64,000 bases of DNA from the human T2T-CHM13v2.0 reference genome, Homo sapiens, in the NCBI RefSeq assembly GCF_009914755.1, contig NC_060927.1. One strand, given 5' to 3'. The notes below the pieces were generated by a model. That model had not been told where the DNA came from. It worked only from the letters and a program-made list of their open reading frames with translations, and did not search any database. Positions 29,002-41,963 of the stretch are shown here, piece by piece. Position numbers and translations under genes: made by a program. How positions within the stretch are numbered: position 1 is the first letter of the stretch; each line of letters begins with the position of its first letter.

Positions 29002-31239
29002 TATTCTTGATACAAATTCTCCTTCAGATTTAAGTATTATAGATATTTTTCCAGTCTATAGCTTACCTATTCATTTTCTTAATAATGTCTTTTGATTGAT
29101 TTTTAATTTTTAACTTTGGTGAATTCCAGTTGTATACTTTTTTTTATGATTAGCATTTTTGTGTCCTATGAAACTGTTGCCTTCCTCAATGTCACTAAAT
29201 TCTCTTAGGTTTTCTTCTAGCAAGTTTATGTTTCAAATTTTCACCCTTAGGTCTATAATTCATCCCAAATTTATTTTTGTCTGTAAAGCAATGTCACAAT
29301 TCATTTTTTTTCTCAATATAGTTACCCAGTTGTTTCAAAACTGGTTATTAAAGTTTTTCTCTTAATCATTGAATTTTCTTGGCACCAAATTATTAACTCT
29401 TGACAAAAATAATTGACCCTTAAGTAAGCAGACAGACAAGCAGTGCTTCTATTTTATAGCAATGTAAATAATACACAACTTACACAAAGACTTTTTAGAA
29501 GCTAACTAACAGTGGTCCTATCTAAGTACGTACACCAGATTTTTTATAACCACTTTTAAAATAAAAGTATTTAGATTTTAACACATAGATTAGGACAGAG
29601 AAAGCATATGGTGGAATAAACTGTATCTTTTTGGCCAGATGGTGCTATTTCTAGGTCATCTTGATAAAGAGAGGAGGCAAACATGAAAACTTAATGAAAA
29701 ACTATTTATGATGCTGGAGAGAACATCTTGGCTTTGAGTCACTTTTAAATCATAGAAGAGGATTATTCCATAAAATTATTTATAATGCCTAAAATTATTC
29801 TTTGCCCAAATCATAAATTTTCAGGATTACCAAGAAACCATTTAGTATGTATAGAGTGTTTCAGCAAGTGCAGAGATGCCCAGGTGGTTGGGATTCAATA
29901 CATCGAGCTGTCACGCTGCACATTCTTGGAGTACAACCTTAATGGGCATTTTCCCACCTGTGCGATTCCTCTGTTTTCACCCCACTCCATTCATATTTCA
30001 CAAACTACTCTAATTATAGTATTTATTATTGACCTCAGGAAAAAGAAGTTTGAAAGGGTGGAAAAAACATGCATTTTGTCTCCATGGATAGTAAATCACT
30101 GAGCTATTGTTCCTTGGGAATCCCAATTCATGAGAAATTACATAGACTTTTGCCCTAACACTAATCAGCTGCCTGATCTGTAAATATTTCAGCTCCTTGC
30201 CTGTATCTATTTCTCCTTGCAGAAAACTGTAATTTATCTAGATTTTTCTAATAATTCACTGACATTTTACTGCTAGCCAATGAGTAAATCATTGTTGCTT
30301 TTGGTATCTTATGATTTTGTTCTTTTGTGTCAAAGTTTAGCTAGTTTCATCTATCAGGTTGGAATAAAAAATGCAAATTATGACTATACCACTTATATAG
30401 TTACATGATCTACTGACCAAAGTTAATCATCACTTTAATCTTGGTAACTCATTCAGAGCCCTAATTGTAATAGACTTTGCCTGAGTTACCTAGAGAGTGG
30501 TCTCAATAATCCCCTTTTATTTTTCATGTAGAGAAAAGGGCACACAAAATGATATTATCTCGATCACCCAGCACATGTATTAAACTATAACAGACTTTTT
30601 AAATCATGTGTGATCTTTTATTTTTTGACTGAAAGGGACTAAGTTTGCTGCCCAGAGAAGTCTTTAGGGAGCAAGGAAAGGTAAGCAAATAAACTTATCT
30701 GGAGTCAAAGGTCTCAAGGAAAATCTTGCTTTCTATAAAAGGCAGACAACGTCAAGACTCATAGATTTTCCCAGGGCTAAAAATCAGAGCCAATTGCCTC
30801 CCATCTTGAAAAGACTCATTCATCATGCTGGTTGAAGTATCACAGATCTTGTCAAAATATTCATGACTCACATACGACCCATCCAAAAGACAAAAGCCAA
30901 CAAAATATTTTACCAAATTCTAAAATAGTGTTTGTTTTATTATTCTTTGTTATTCTTCAACAATTATTGTTACCTTTACTATATGAAATATAATAGCAAT
31001 TCCTTGTCTTCATGGTCTTTCTGTTACAGACATGTTTTACACTGATTATACCACTTTAGTGAAATTCATCATACATATTCCTGATCCAAATTCCTTTTTT
31101 ATTAACCATATATGAGAGAAAGTGGATATTAAAATAATTTTGATGGTAAAATAAGCGAAAAAATAAAGCAAGCATGGTTAAAATGATTAAATTGTGGAAA
31201 AGTGACCCATGTGTTTCAGATAAACTGACGCTTGAGGGT

Positions 31240-31553
31240 TTTTGTTGTTATTGTTGTTTAAATTTTATTTTATTTTAATTTTAAGTTCCAGGATACAAGT
31301 GCAGGATGTGCAGGTTTCTTACATAGGTAAAGATGTGCCGAAATGGTGGTTTGCTGCACCTCTCAACCTATCACCTAGGTATTAAGCCCTACATGCGTTA
31401 GCTCCCTCCCACTGCCCCTGCAGCAGATCCCAGTGTTTGTTGTTCCCTCCCTGTGTCCATGTGTTCTCATTGTCCAGCTCCCACTTGTAAATAAGAACCT
31501 ACGGTGTTTGGTTTTCTGTTCCTGTTTTAGTTTGTTGAGGATAATGACTTCCA
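31240..31553 (-). mobile_element. 5'-truncated L1PA (about L1PA8-10) 3'UTR with degenerate TSD
   Basis: Antisense L1PA 3'UTR; flanks TGACGCTTGAG (31226-31236) and TGAAGCTTGAG (31554-31564). Confidence 0.8.
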
Positions 31554-32460
31554 TGAAGCTTGAGTTTTCATTCTACAATTTACTGAATGACATTTGAGCA
31601 GCTAGCTGACTTTTTAATGCCTTGATTTTAATAATTCAATGAGTTATTGGGTGAGATAATTTAGAACAGCATACATGATATCGTTATTATTAGTCAATAA
31701 AATGCTATTTATCTTATTTATTACTCATAACAAAAATATGTATATGACCCTTCGCTATGTTTGAATATGTGATATATTGAATTGAATTCACTGTGAGGCT
31801 TCAGTAGGTACCTATAATATTCAAATATGTTACCTGAAAGCTGTGAAAAATATATTTTTAAAAATTAGATTTACATGCAGTCAAGTTTTCTTTTGATGAC
31901 ACACTCTCTTGATATATACTAAGTTTTATACTTGGAATCTTTCACTTTTATCCTTACTCAGAAACGTGAATATTAAGAATCAGTAGAGCCAGCTCTTCTA
32001 CATGTTCCCTGCCAATTGCTATCTTGCCTACTTTTAAAACACCTCTAACTTGAGAAAATGAAAACCCACAAACTAACAAATGTTCCAGGGAAGTCCATGG
32101 CATCACTTGGAACTTTTCATCATTAGTCCCAGTTACACTCTTTTGTGTTGTATACAACATTGGCATATACTCTAGTCATCTGTATGCCAAGTTAAATGAG
32201 ACTTCATTCAGCAACCAGTAATATGTCATGCATCAGAAGTCTCTCTCGTCATATTGCTTATCACCATCAAATAGTTTCCATTTTGTCTTTATTCCTTAAA
32301 AATTGTCATGCTTAAAATTGATGCAAATAATGTAGATACTTGTGATTCTATTATCTCTACATATGTTTTTCTATTTTGCAAGAGAAGTGAATTTTAATAA
32401 ATTAGTTCTCTTAGATTATAATGCTACAGAAAAACTGAATGACCTGACTCGTTGGTGATT

Positions 32461-32717
32461 TGATTGGGACTGGATTTGTGTTCCTGCCCAAATCTCGTGT
32501 TGAAATGTAATCCCCAATGCTGGAGATGGAACTGATGTGAGGTGATTGGATCATGGGAGTGGTTTCTAATAGTTTAACACCATCCCCGAAGTGCTGTTTC
32601 GTGATAGAGTTCTCTGAAGATCTGGTTGTTTAAAAATATGTGTACCTCCCATCTGTCTCTTCCTCCTGCTCTGGCCAGGTAAGATTTGCCTGCTTTCTCT
32701 TCACCTTCACCTTCCAC
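32461..32717 (+). mobile_element. MSTA/MSTB LTR, 5' half (target of the composite HERV-E)
   Basis: CCCAAATCTCGTGTTGAAATGTAATCCCCAATG...CTTCACCTTCCAC; preceded by TGATT (32456-32460). Confidence 0.85.
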
Positions 32718-32962
32718 TGAAGAGAGAGGTTAAAGATTAACCCCCCCACTCTAATCACATGTACTGTCTATAAATCTCAATCTATCAAGACCCTTTCACG
32801 TGGACCCCTTGGAGTTGTAAGCCCTTAAAAGGGTCTGGAGCTCTTTCTTCGGAGAGCGTCATTCTTGAGATGCAAGTCTGCTGACGCTCCCAGCCAAATA
32901 AAGCCTCTTCCTTCTTTAACATGGCATCTGAGGGGTTTTTGTCTGTGGCTCATCCTGCTGCA
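32718..32962 (+). mobile_element. 5' LTR (LTR2-family, probably LTR2C-like), 245-bp U3-deleted variant
   Basis: TGAAGAGAGAGGTTAAAGATTA...CCTGCTGCA; AATAAA at 32897-32902; followed by the PBS. Confidence 0.88.
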
Positions 32963-32967
32963 TTTCT

Positions 32968-32985
32968 TGGTTCCCTGACCAGGAA
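32968..32985 (+). promoter_or_regulatory. Primer-binding site complementary to tRNA-Glu (HERV-E group)
   Basis: TGGTTCCCTGACCAGGAA versus TGGTTCCCTGACCGGGAA, the reverse complement of the tRNA-Glu(CTC) 3' end (17/18). Confidence 0.88.
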
Positions 32986-33465
32986 GTGAGGTGATTAACG
33001 GACAGTTGAGGCAGCCCCTTAGGTGACTTACACCTGCCCTGCAGAGCATCCCTGCAGTGAACTCCAGCCAGCTTGAGCGATGGGGATCCTGAGACCGCTC
33101 CTGGGTAGGTATTTGTCCTGGTAGAACTCCTCGTCAGAGTGGTGCATGGCAGGCCCCCGCAGATTAACAATGCAATGTCTGAACACTGGGAAGGAACCAT
33201 TGCTTGGAGTCCAGACATCTGGAATACAGAAGGACCGGTCCTGGGAACTTGCCCACTGCATTTGAGTGGAAGCGTGGCCTGATCACCCACTGTGTGCCCT
33301 TATGGGCACTTTGGTCTCAGTATTGATTTTGATTTGGCTTGACCTGTTTGCAAAAAGGAAAGTGAAAGTGAGTGAGTGCTTGAGTTTTAGATGTGCGAGG
33401 TGAGCGAGTGACCTCTTTACCCTTTCCTTCTTGTGGTGTGAGTGTTGTTTTGTCTCGGGAGGAAA

Positions 33466-34814
33466 ATGGGTGTTATGCAAAGTAAGCCCACTCTGCTAGG
33501 AACTATGTTGAAAAATTTCAAGGAAGGATTTAATGGAGACTATGGAGTTACTATACACCAGGAAAACTTAGGACTTTGTGTGAAATAGACTGGCCAGCAT
33601 TGGAAGTGGGTTGGGCATCAGAAGGAAACCTAGATGGGTCCCTTGTTTTTAAATGTATGGCACAAAGTAACTGGTAAGCCAAGACACCCAGACCAGTTTC
33701 CGTAAATAGACACTTGGTTACAGCTGGTTTTAGAGCCACCACAGTGGTTAAGAGGACAGGCAGCAGTAGTACTAGTGGCAAAGGGACAGACAGCCAAGGA
33801 AGAATCCTGCTCCACCAACCTAAGGCAGTCAGCTCCTAAAGTCCTGTCTGATCCAACACCAGAGGATTCATGGCAAGAAACAGCACCAGTGGCCCCCTTT
33901 CCACCAAGAAGAAAGGTCTCCCACTCCGATACCCCATCCTATACCAAAAAGCCACAAGCTCTGATGGATTTGCTCCAAACTGTTATCCAGACCCACAAAC
34001 CCCACCTGGGCTGATTGCCACTAGTTGCTCATATGCCTCTTTAACACAGATGAAAGGAGGAGAGTGCTCCAAGCAGCAACGAAGTGGCTTTAGAACATGT
34101 TCCAGCTGATTACCAAAACCCCCAAGAGTATATGAGGATCCAATTACCAGGAACAGATGCCGAGTGGGACCCAAATGAAAGACAGGGTATGCAAAGGCTA
34201 AACCGGTACAGGAAAGCCCTTCTGGAAGGGTTAAAGAAGGGAGCTCAGAAGGTCACAAATGTTAACAAAGTCTCTGAGGCCATTCAAGGAAAAGATGAGA
34301 GCCCGGCACAATTCTACAAGAGACTACGTGAGGCCTATCGTATGTATACCCCCTTTGATCCCAGTAGCCTTGAAAATCAGCACATGATTAACATGGCTTT
34401 AGTTAGTCAAAGTGCAGAAGACATTAAAGAAAATTTCAAAAACAGGCTGGGTTCACAGTCATGAATACTTCACAGTTACTGGAGATAGCCAAGCAGGTGT
34501 TTGTGAATAGAGACACGGTAAGCTACAGAGAGAACTGCAGAGAGAGTGAACGCCAAGCCCGGCGAAACGCCGACCTGCTAGCCACAGCTATAAGAGGGGC
34601 CCCCCCAAAGAGACCAGAGAAGGGGGGCCCCAGGAAAAATACCCAGTCTGTCCATCCACGCTTGCAGCGTAATCAGTGTGCTTACTGTAAGGAAATAGGA
34701 CGTTGGAAGGACAAGTGCCCACAGTTGAAAGGGAAACAAGGTGACTCTGAGCAGAAGGCCTCAGACAAGGATGAAGGGGCCTTGTTCAATCGGGCAGAAG
34801 GGTTACTGGACTGA
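33466..34814 (+). pseudogene. gag: HERV-E gag remnant (internal deletion near 33900, frameshifts)
   Basis: Starts MGVMQSKPTLLGTMLKNFKEGFNGDYG; major homology region QGKDESPAQFYKRL; zinc knuckle CAYCKEIGRWKDKC (H replaced by R); ends GLLD-TGA. Confidence 0.9.
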
Positions 34815-37800
34815 GGGGGACCAGGCTCATGTGCCCCCAAAGAGCCCATTGTCAGGATGACAGTCGGGTACGAGGACATTTAGTTTCTTGTCAATATTGG
34901 TGCTGAACATTCAGTAGTAACCACCCCAGTCGCCCCCTTATCCAAAAAGACTATTGACATAATCGGAGCCACAGGGGTTTCGGCAAAGCAAACGTTCTGT
35001 TTCCCCCAGACCTGCACTGTGTGGGGCATGAAGTGATTCATCAGTTCCTGTACATGGCTGACTGCCCCTTGCCTTTGCTAGGAACGGACCTACTTAGCAA
35101 GCTGAGAGCCACCATCACTTTTACAAAGCACGGCTCTTTACCGCTAAAGCTACCTGGAACGGGAGTCATAATGGCCCTTATGGTTCCCTGGGAGGAGGAA
35201 TGGAGACTCTTCTTAACTGAGCCAGGCCAAGAGATAGGAGCAACTCTGGCTAAGTGTTGGCCAAAGGTGTGGGTGGAAGACAACGCTCTAGGGTTGGCAA
35301 TCAACCAGGCCCCCGTACTCATAGAAGTTAAGCCTGGGGCCCAGCCAGTCAGACAAAAACAGTACCTGGTCCCCAGAGAAGCTCTTGAAGGTATCTGGAT
35401 CCATCTCGAGTGCCTGAGGGCCTTTGGAATTGTAGTCCCTTGTCAGTCTCCATGGAACAATCCCCTCCTGCCTGTTCCCAAGCCAGGGGCCATGGACTGC
35501 AGGCTGGCACAGGATTTGCGCTTGGTCAACCAAGCTACAGTGACTTTGCACCCAGTGGTACCTAACCTGTACACATTGTTGGGGTTGCTGCCAGCTGAGG
35601 ACAGCTGGTTCACTTGCCTGGACCTAAAGGACATTTTCTTTAGCATCAGGCTAGCTCCTGAGAGCCAGAAACTGTTTGCCTTTCAGTGGGAGGATCCGGA
35701 GTCAGGTGTCACCACTCAGTACCTTGGACCCAGCTTCCCCAAGGGTTCAAGAACTCCCCCACCATCTTTGGGGGGGTGCTGGCTTGAGACCTCCAGAAGT
35801 TTCCCACCAGAGACCTAGGCTGCTTGCTGCTCGAGTACATCGATGACCTCCTGTTGGGACACCCCACGGCAGTCGGGTGTGCCAAGGGAACGGATACCCT
35901 ACTCCAGCACCTGGAGGACTGTGGGTATAAGGTGCCCAAGAAGAAAGCTCAGATCTGCAGACAGCAGGTAAGTTACCTGGGATTTACTATCTGATAGGGG
36001 GAGCACAGCCTGGGATCAGAAAGAAAGCAGGTCATTTGCAACTTACCGGAGCCCGAGACCAGAAGGCAGGTGAGAGAATTCTTAGGAGCCATGGGGTTCT
36101 GCAGGTTATGGATCCCAAACTTTGCAGTACTGGCCAAGCCCCTGTACAGAGTCACAAAGGGGAGCGACAAGGAACCTTTCAAATGGGGGTCCCAAAAGCA
36201 ATGAGCTTTTCATGAGTTAAAAGAGAAACTCATGTCAGCCCCCGCCCTGGGGCTGCCTGACCTGACAAAGCCATTTACACTATATGTGTCAGAGAGAGAG
36301 AAGACGGTGGTTGGAGTTTTGACCCAGATCATGTGGCTCTGGCCAATGCTGGTGGCCTACATCTCTAAACAACTAGATGGGGTTTCTAAAGGTTGGCCCC
36401 CATGTTTGAGGGCCTTGGCTGCAACTGCCAATGGACGGATCCAGTTATCAGATAAAAAAATAGCCATGCCACAACTGCTAGGAGCCACAGTCGTACTGGC
36501 TGTTCTTGAGGCCCCACATGCTGTGGTGACTTTAATGAATACCAAAGGACATCATTGGCTAACAAATGCTAGACTAACTAGGTACCAAAGCTTACTCTAT
36601 GAAAATCCCCACATAACCATTGACGTTTGCAACACCTTGAACCCCACCACCTTACTCCTGGTATCAGAGAGCCCAGTTGAACCTAACTGTGTAGAGTTGT
36701 TGGACTCAGTTTATTCTAGCAGGCCCGACCTCCAAGACCATTCTTGGAAATCAGTAGACTGGGAGCTGTATATGAACGGGAGCAGCTTCGTCAACCCACA
36801 GGGAGAGAGATGTGCAGGATATGCAGTGGTAATGCTGGGCACTGTCATTGAAGCCAAATCATTGCCCAGGGTACTTCAGCCCAGAAGGCCAAACTCATTG
36901 CTTTAATTTGGGCCATAGAGCTAAGTGAAGATAAGACTGTAAATATTTATACTGACTCTTGGTATGCCTTCTTAACCCTGCAAGTGCATGGGGCATTGTA
37001 TAAAGAAAAAGGCCTGTTGAACTCTGGGGGAAAAGACACAAAGTATCAGCAAGAGATTCTGCAATTATTAGAGGCAGTGTGAAAGCCCCAAAAGGTGGCA
37101 GTCATGTACTGCAGAGGACACCAACAATCTTTCACCTTGATTGCCTTGGGGAACTCCCGAGCTGACTCAGAGGCTTGAAAAGCAGCATCCACCCCCTACC
37201 GGGCATCAGTCACAGCACCCCCTGCTCCTTCAGGCACCTGACCTTGTACCTACTTATTCTAAAGAAGAGAAGGACTTTCTCCAGGCAGAGGGAGGGCAGG
37301 TGATAGAAGAGGGATGGATCCAGTTATCAGATAGAAGAATAGCCATGCCACAACTGCTAGGAGCTGCAGTCGTACTGGCTGTTCATGAGACCACCCACCT
37401 AGGCCAAGAGTCACTTGAAAAGTTGTTAGGCTGGTAGTTCTACAACTCACATCCGGCAGCCCTTGCCAAAACAGTGGTGTATCAGTGTGTCACCTGCTGG
37501 CAGCAGAAAGGTAGGCAAAGTGCAAATGTCCCGCCCACCATACAAGCCTGTGGAGCAGACCCCTTTGAAGATCTCCAAGTAGACTTCACCAAGATGCCCA
37601 AATGTGGAGGTAACAAGTATTTGCTAGTTCTAGTGTGTACATACTCTGGGGGTGGTGGTGGTGGTGGTGTGGAGGTCTGTCCAACATGAACTGAGAAAAC
37701 TCTTGAAGTAACCTGTGTGATTCTCCGAGATCTCATCCCTAGGTTTGGACTGCCCTTACAAATAGACTCGGACAACAGGCTGGCATTTGTGGCTGACTTG

Positions 37801-38465
37801 GTACAGAAGACAGCAAAGGTATTGGGGATCACATGGAAACTACATACCACTTACCGACCACAGAGTTCTGGAAAAGTGGAGCAGATGAATCAGACTATCA
37901 AAAGTAATTTAGGGAAAGTGTGTCAAGAAACAGGATTAAAGTGGGTACAAGCTTTCCCTATGGTATTGTTTAAGATTAGATGTACCCCTTCTAAAAGAAC
38001 AGGATATTCCCCTTATGAACTATTATATCATAGGCTCCCTCCCATACTACGGGGATTCCCAGGCACTCCTCAAGAGCTAGGTGAAATTGAGTTACAGTGA
38101 CAGCTACAGGCTTTAAGGAAAATTACACAAACAATTTCAGCCTGGGTAAATGAGAGGTGCCCCATCAGCTTATTCTCCCCAGTTCACCCTTTCTCCTTAG
38201 GTGATCGGGTGTGGATCAAGGATTGGAACGTAACCCCCTTGCAGCCATTGTGGAAAGGACCCCAGACCGTCATCTTGACCACAGCCACAAAGGTAGAGGG
38301 AATCCCAGCCTGGATCCACCACAGCCATATAAAACCTACAGCACCTGAGACCTGGGAGGTAAGACCAAGCCAGGACAACCCCTGCAAAGTGATGCTGAAG
38401 AAGACAATAAGCCCTGCTCCTGTTACACCCAGAAGCTGGCTGGTCCATGCCTGGCTGAAGCATAA
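34815..38465 (+). pseudogene. pol: HERV-E pro-pol remnant (protease, RT, RNase H, integrase), multiply disrupted
   Basis: Protease FLVNIGAEH (DTG degenerate); CLDLKDIFF; YIDD at 35836-35847; APALGLPDLTKPF; integrase DLQVDFT, IDSDN, SSGKVEQMN, WKGP and WIHHSHIK. Confidence 0.92.
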
Positions 38466-39401
38466 GGAAACTCATTGTGGGTCTCATTTTCCTTAAATTT
38501 TAGACTTGTACAGTAAGTACTTCAACTGATCTTCCTCAGACTGAGGACTGTTCCCAGTGACATCAAGTTACTGAGGTAGGGCGAAAAGTTAAAACAGTCT
38601 TTCTGTTTTATAATTATTATGAAGGTACTGGAACTCTAAAAGGGACTTGTTTGTATAATGCCACCCAGTACAAGGTATGCATCCCAGGAAGTGACCAGCC
38701 TGATGTGTGCTATAACCCATCTGAGCCCCCTATGACTACAGTTTTCCAAATAAGATTGAGGACTGGCAACTGGGGAAAAGCTGATAAGAGTAAAGTAATA
38801 TCTAAAACAGAAGAGAAAGGAGTTCCCAAACAAATTATCTTAAAATTTGATGCCTGTGTGGCAATCAACAGTGACCCGTATGGAAATAGAATAAGATGCG
38901 GCTGTCTAGATTGGGAAAGTGGCTATATAGTAGAAAATAAGTATGTTTGCAATGAATTAGGACTGTATAGTGATGAACATAGTTACTGGTCCTGTGTCAT
39001 TTAGGCTACCTGGAAAAAAGATAAGAAGGACCCTGTCCTCCTTCAAAAAGGAAAGAGTAACTGTTCCTGCACTAGTGGTCACTGTAACTCATTAGAACTA
39101 CCTGATCACCATTGGAAAACAGGAGAGTATGTAACCCTAGGAATCAATGGAACTGGACTGGATCCCCAAGTAAATATTTAAGTGCAAAGGAAGGTCCACA
39201 GGCTCTTTCCCAAACCAGTGTTTCAGACCTTTTAATAATAATAGTGTTAGGAGCCTGCATGTTACTCCCCTGTATGTTACCCATATTTCTACCACCTTAG
39301 TTCATCAAAAGACCTCAGCACAAGTGTATTACATGAATCCCTATTGATCTGTCTCACAGGAAGACCTGGGTGGTGACTATGAAAGTGAGAACTCCCACTA
39401 G
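38462..39401 (+). pseudogene. env: HERV-E env remnant; start ATG mutated to ATA; large SU-TM deletion near 39234
   Basis: SU peptide YNATQYKVCIPGSDQPDVCYNP...ILKFDAC...YWSCVI, then an abrupt jump to the membrane anchor LIIIVLGACMLLPCMLPIFL. Confidence 0.85.
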
Positions 39402-39427
39402 TGAGTGAGGTTCTCAAAGTGGGGGAA

Positions 39428-39786
39428 TGAGGAGAGAGGCCATTTATCTTACTGTCTCCTGTCTCTGAAGAGAAAGAGGAAGTAAAAGCTGAAAAACAAC
39501 AGGAATGAAATCAGTGGCAAGACCAGCCAGTGCACCGATGACCAGGCCTGAGGTTAAAAGATTAACCCCCAACTCTAACCACATGTGCTACCTATAGATC
39601 TCAATCTATCATGACCCTTTCACGTGGAACCCCTTAGAGTTGTAAGCCCTTAAAAGGGCCAGGAACCCTTTCTTCGGGGAGCTCCATTCTTGAAATGCAA
39701 GTCGGCCAATAGTCCAGTCCGAATAAGGCCTCTTCCTTCTTTAATCTGGTATCTGAGGGGTTTTGTCTGCAGTTCATCCTGCTACA
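39428..39786 (+). mobile_element. Internal LTR, full-length 359-bp variant, preceded by a polypurine tract
   Basis: AAAGTGGGGGAA then TGAGGAGAGAGG...CCTGCTACA; contains 114 bp (39440-39553) absent from the outer LTRs; AATAAG instead of AATAAA at 39722-39727. Confidence 0.9.
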
Positions 39787-40106
39787 GTCCCAGTGCTGGT
39801 GGCCACAGGAGTGCTTATGTCGCCCCTCCCCTAAATGCAGACAGCACAGCATGGAGAGAGAGAGAGACTCCATTTGTTTGGGGGAGAGTGAAGGAAAAGA
39901 ACAAGAGCCTCTGCCTCATAATCCAGGGAATTCTGCCAGATCTTACTGCAGACCACCAAGGTGGTACATCTGTGAGTTTGCAAGAGTCATAGTGTTACTG
40001 GGCTTGAGATGCCTCTAAAGCAGATATGGCTGCAGTGACCAAATACTTAGATCACAACCCTCAATTCCCTTTGAATACTGGGAAAGCCTTCTCAAGGAGG
40101 ATGGGA

Positions 40107-40757
<651 letters not shown>

Positions 40758-41626
40758 CTAATTCTTTAATGGCCAGACATTGACCAATAGCCACAAGCAT
40801 CAAGAGCATCCAGGAAAACATGACCTCACAAAATTAAATAAGGCATGAGTGTCCAATCTCAGAGTGACAGAAATATGTGATCTTTCAGAGAAAAAATTCA
40901 AAATAGCTGCTTTGAGGAAGCTCAATGAAACTTAAGACAACACAGAGAAGGAATTCAGAATCCTATCAAATATATTTAACAAAGAGATTGAAATAATTTT
41001 TTAAAATCAAGCAGAAATTCTCGACCTGAAAAATGTAATTGACATACTGAAGAATGCATCAGATCTCTTACCAGCAGAACTGATCAAGCAGAAGAAAGAA
41101 TTAGTGAGGTTAAAGACAGGCTATTTGAAAATACACAGTCAGAAAAGACAAAATAAAAAAGAATTAAAAACTATAAATCAAGAAATAAAGTAAAATAAAA
41201 ACAATGAAGCACACTTACTAGATCTAGAAAATAGCCTCAAAAGAACAAATCTAAGCATTACAGGAGGTAGAGAGAGAGATCAGCATAGAAAATCTATTCA
41301 AAGGGATAGTAAGAGAGAACTTTCCAAACCTAGAGAATGATATCAATGTTCAACTGCAAGAAGGTTATAGAACACCAAGTAGATTTAACCCAAAGGAGAC
41401 TACCTCAAAGGCACTTAATAATCAAACTCCCAAGAGTCAAGGATGAAGAAAGAATTCTGAAGGAAGAAAGAGAAAAGAAACCAATAACATGTAAGGAGAT
41501 CCAGTATATCTTGCAGCAGACTTTTCAGTGGAAACATTATAGGCCAAGAGAGAGTGGCATGACATATTTAAAGAATTGAAGGAAAAAAAACTTTCATTCT
41601 AGAACATTATATCCAGTGAAAATATT

Positions 41627-41963
<337 letters not shown>

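Larger units (their letters stand above)
26830..29420 (-). mobile_element. Old L1M (MC/ME-type) 3' region, split by MLT1D, Tigger2a and AluJ insertions
   Basis: Antisense L1 motifs (AAGATATAGAACATTT, TGCCAAAGTGTTTTCCAA, TTTAATTTGCATTTCC) are collinear across the insertions. Confidence 0.7.

Noticed and set aside
20322-30102. Short ORFs in unique DNA (e.g. 20322-20504, 24630-24887, 29785-30102)
   Set aside because: No recognisable domains or coherent exon chain; lengths expected by chance.
33466-39401. Domesticated or intact HERV-E gag, pol or env
   Set aside because: Protease catalytic Asp and the zinc-knuckle His are mutated, with many stops, frameshifts and large deletions.
39428-39786. 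Internal LTR as the true 3' end, with 47582-47821 as an unrelated solo LTR
   Set aside because: The internal LTR lacks the CCAC TSD and the U3 deletion; the distal LTR has both, is preceded by env tail and PPT, and is followed by the rest of the MST.
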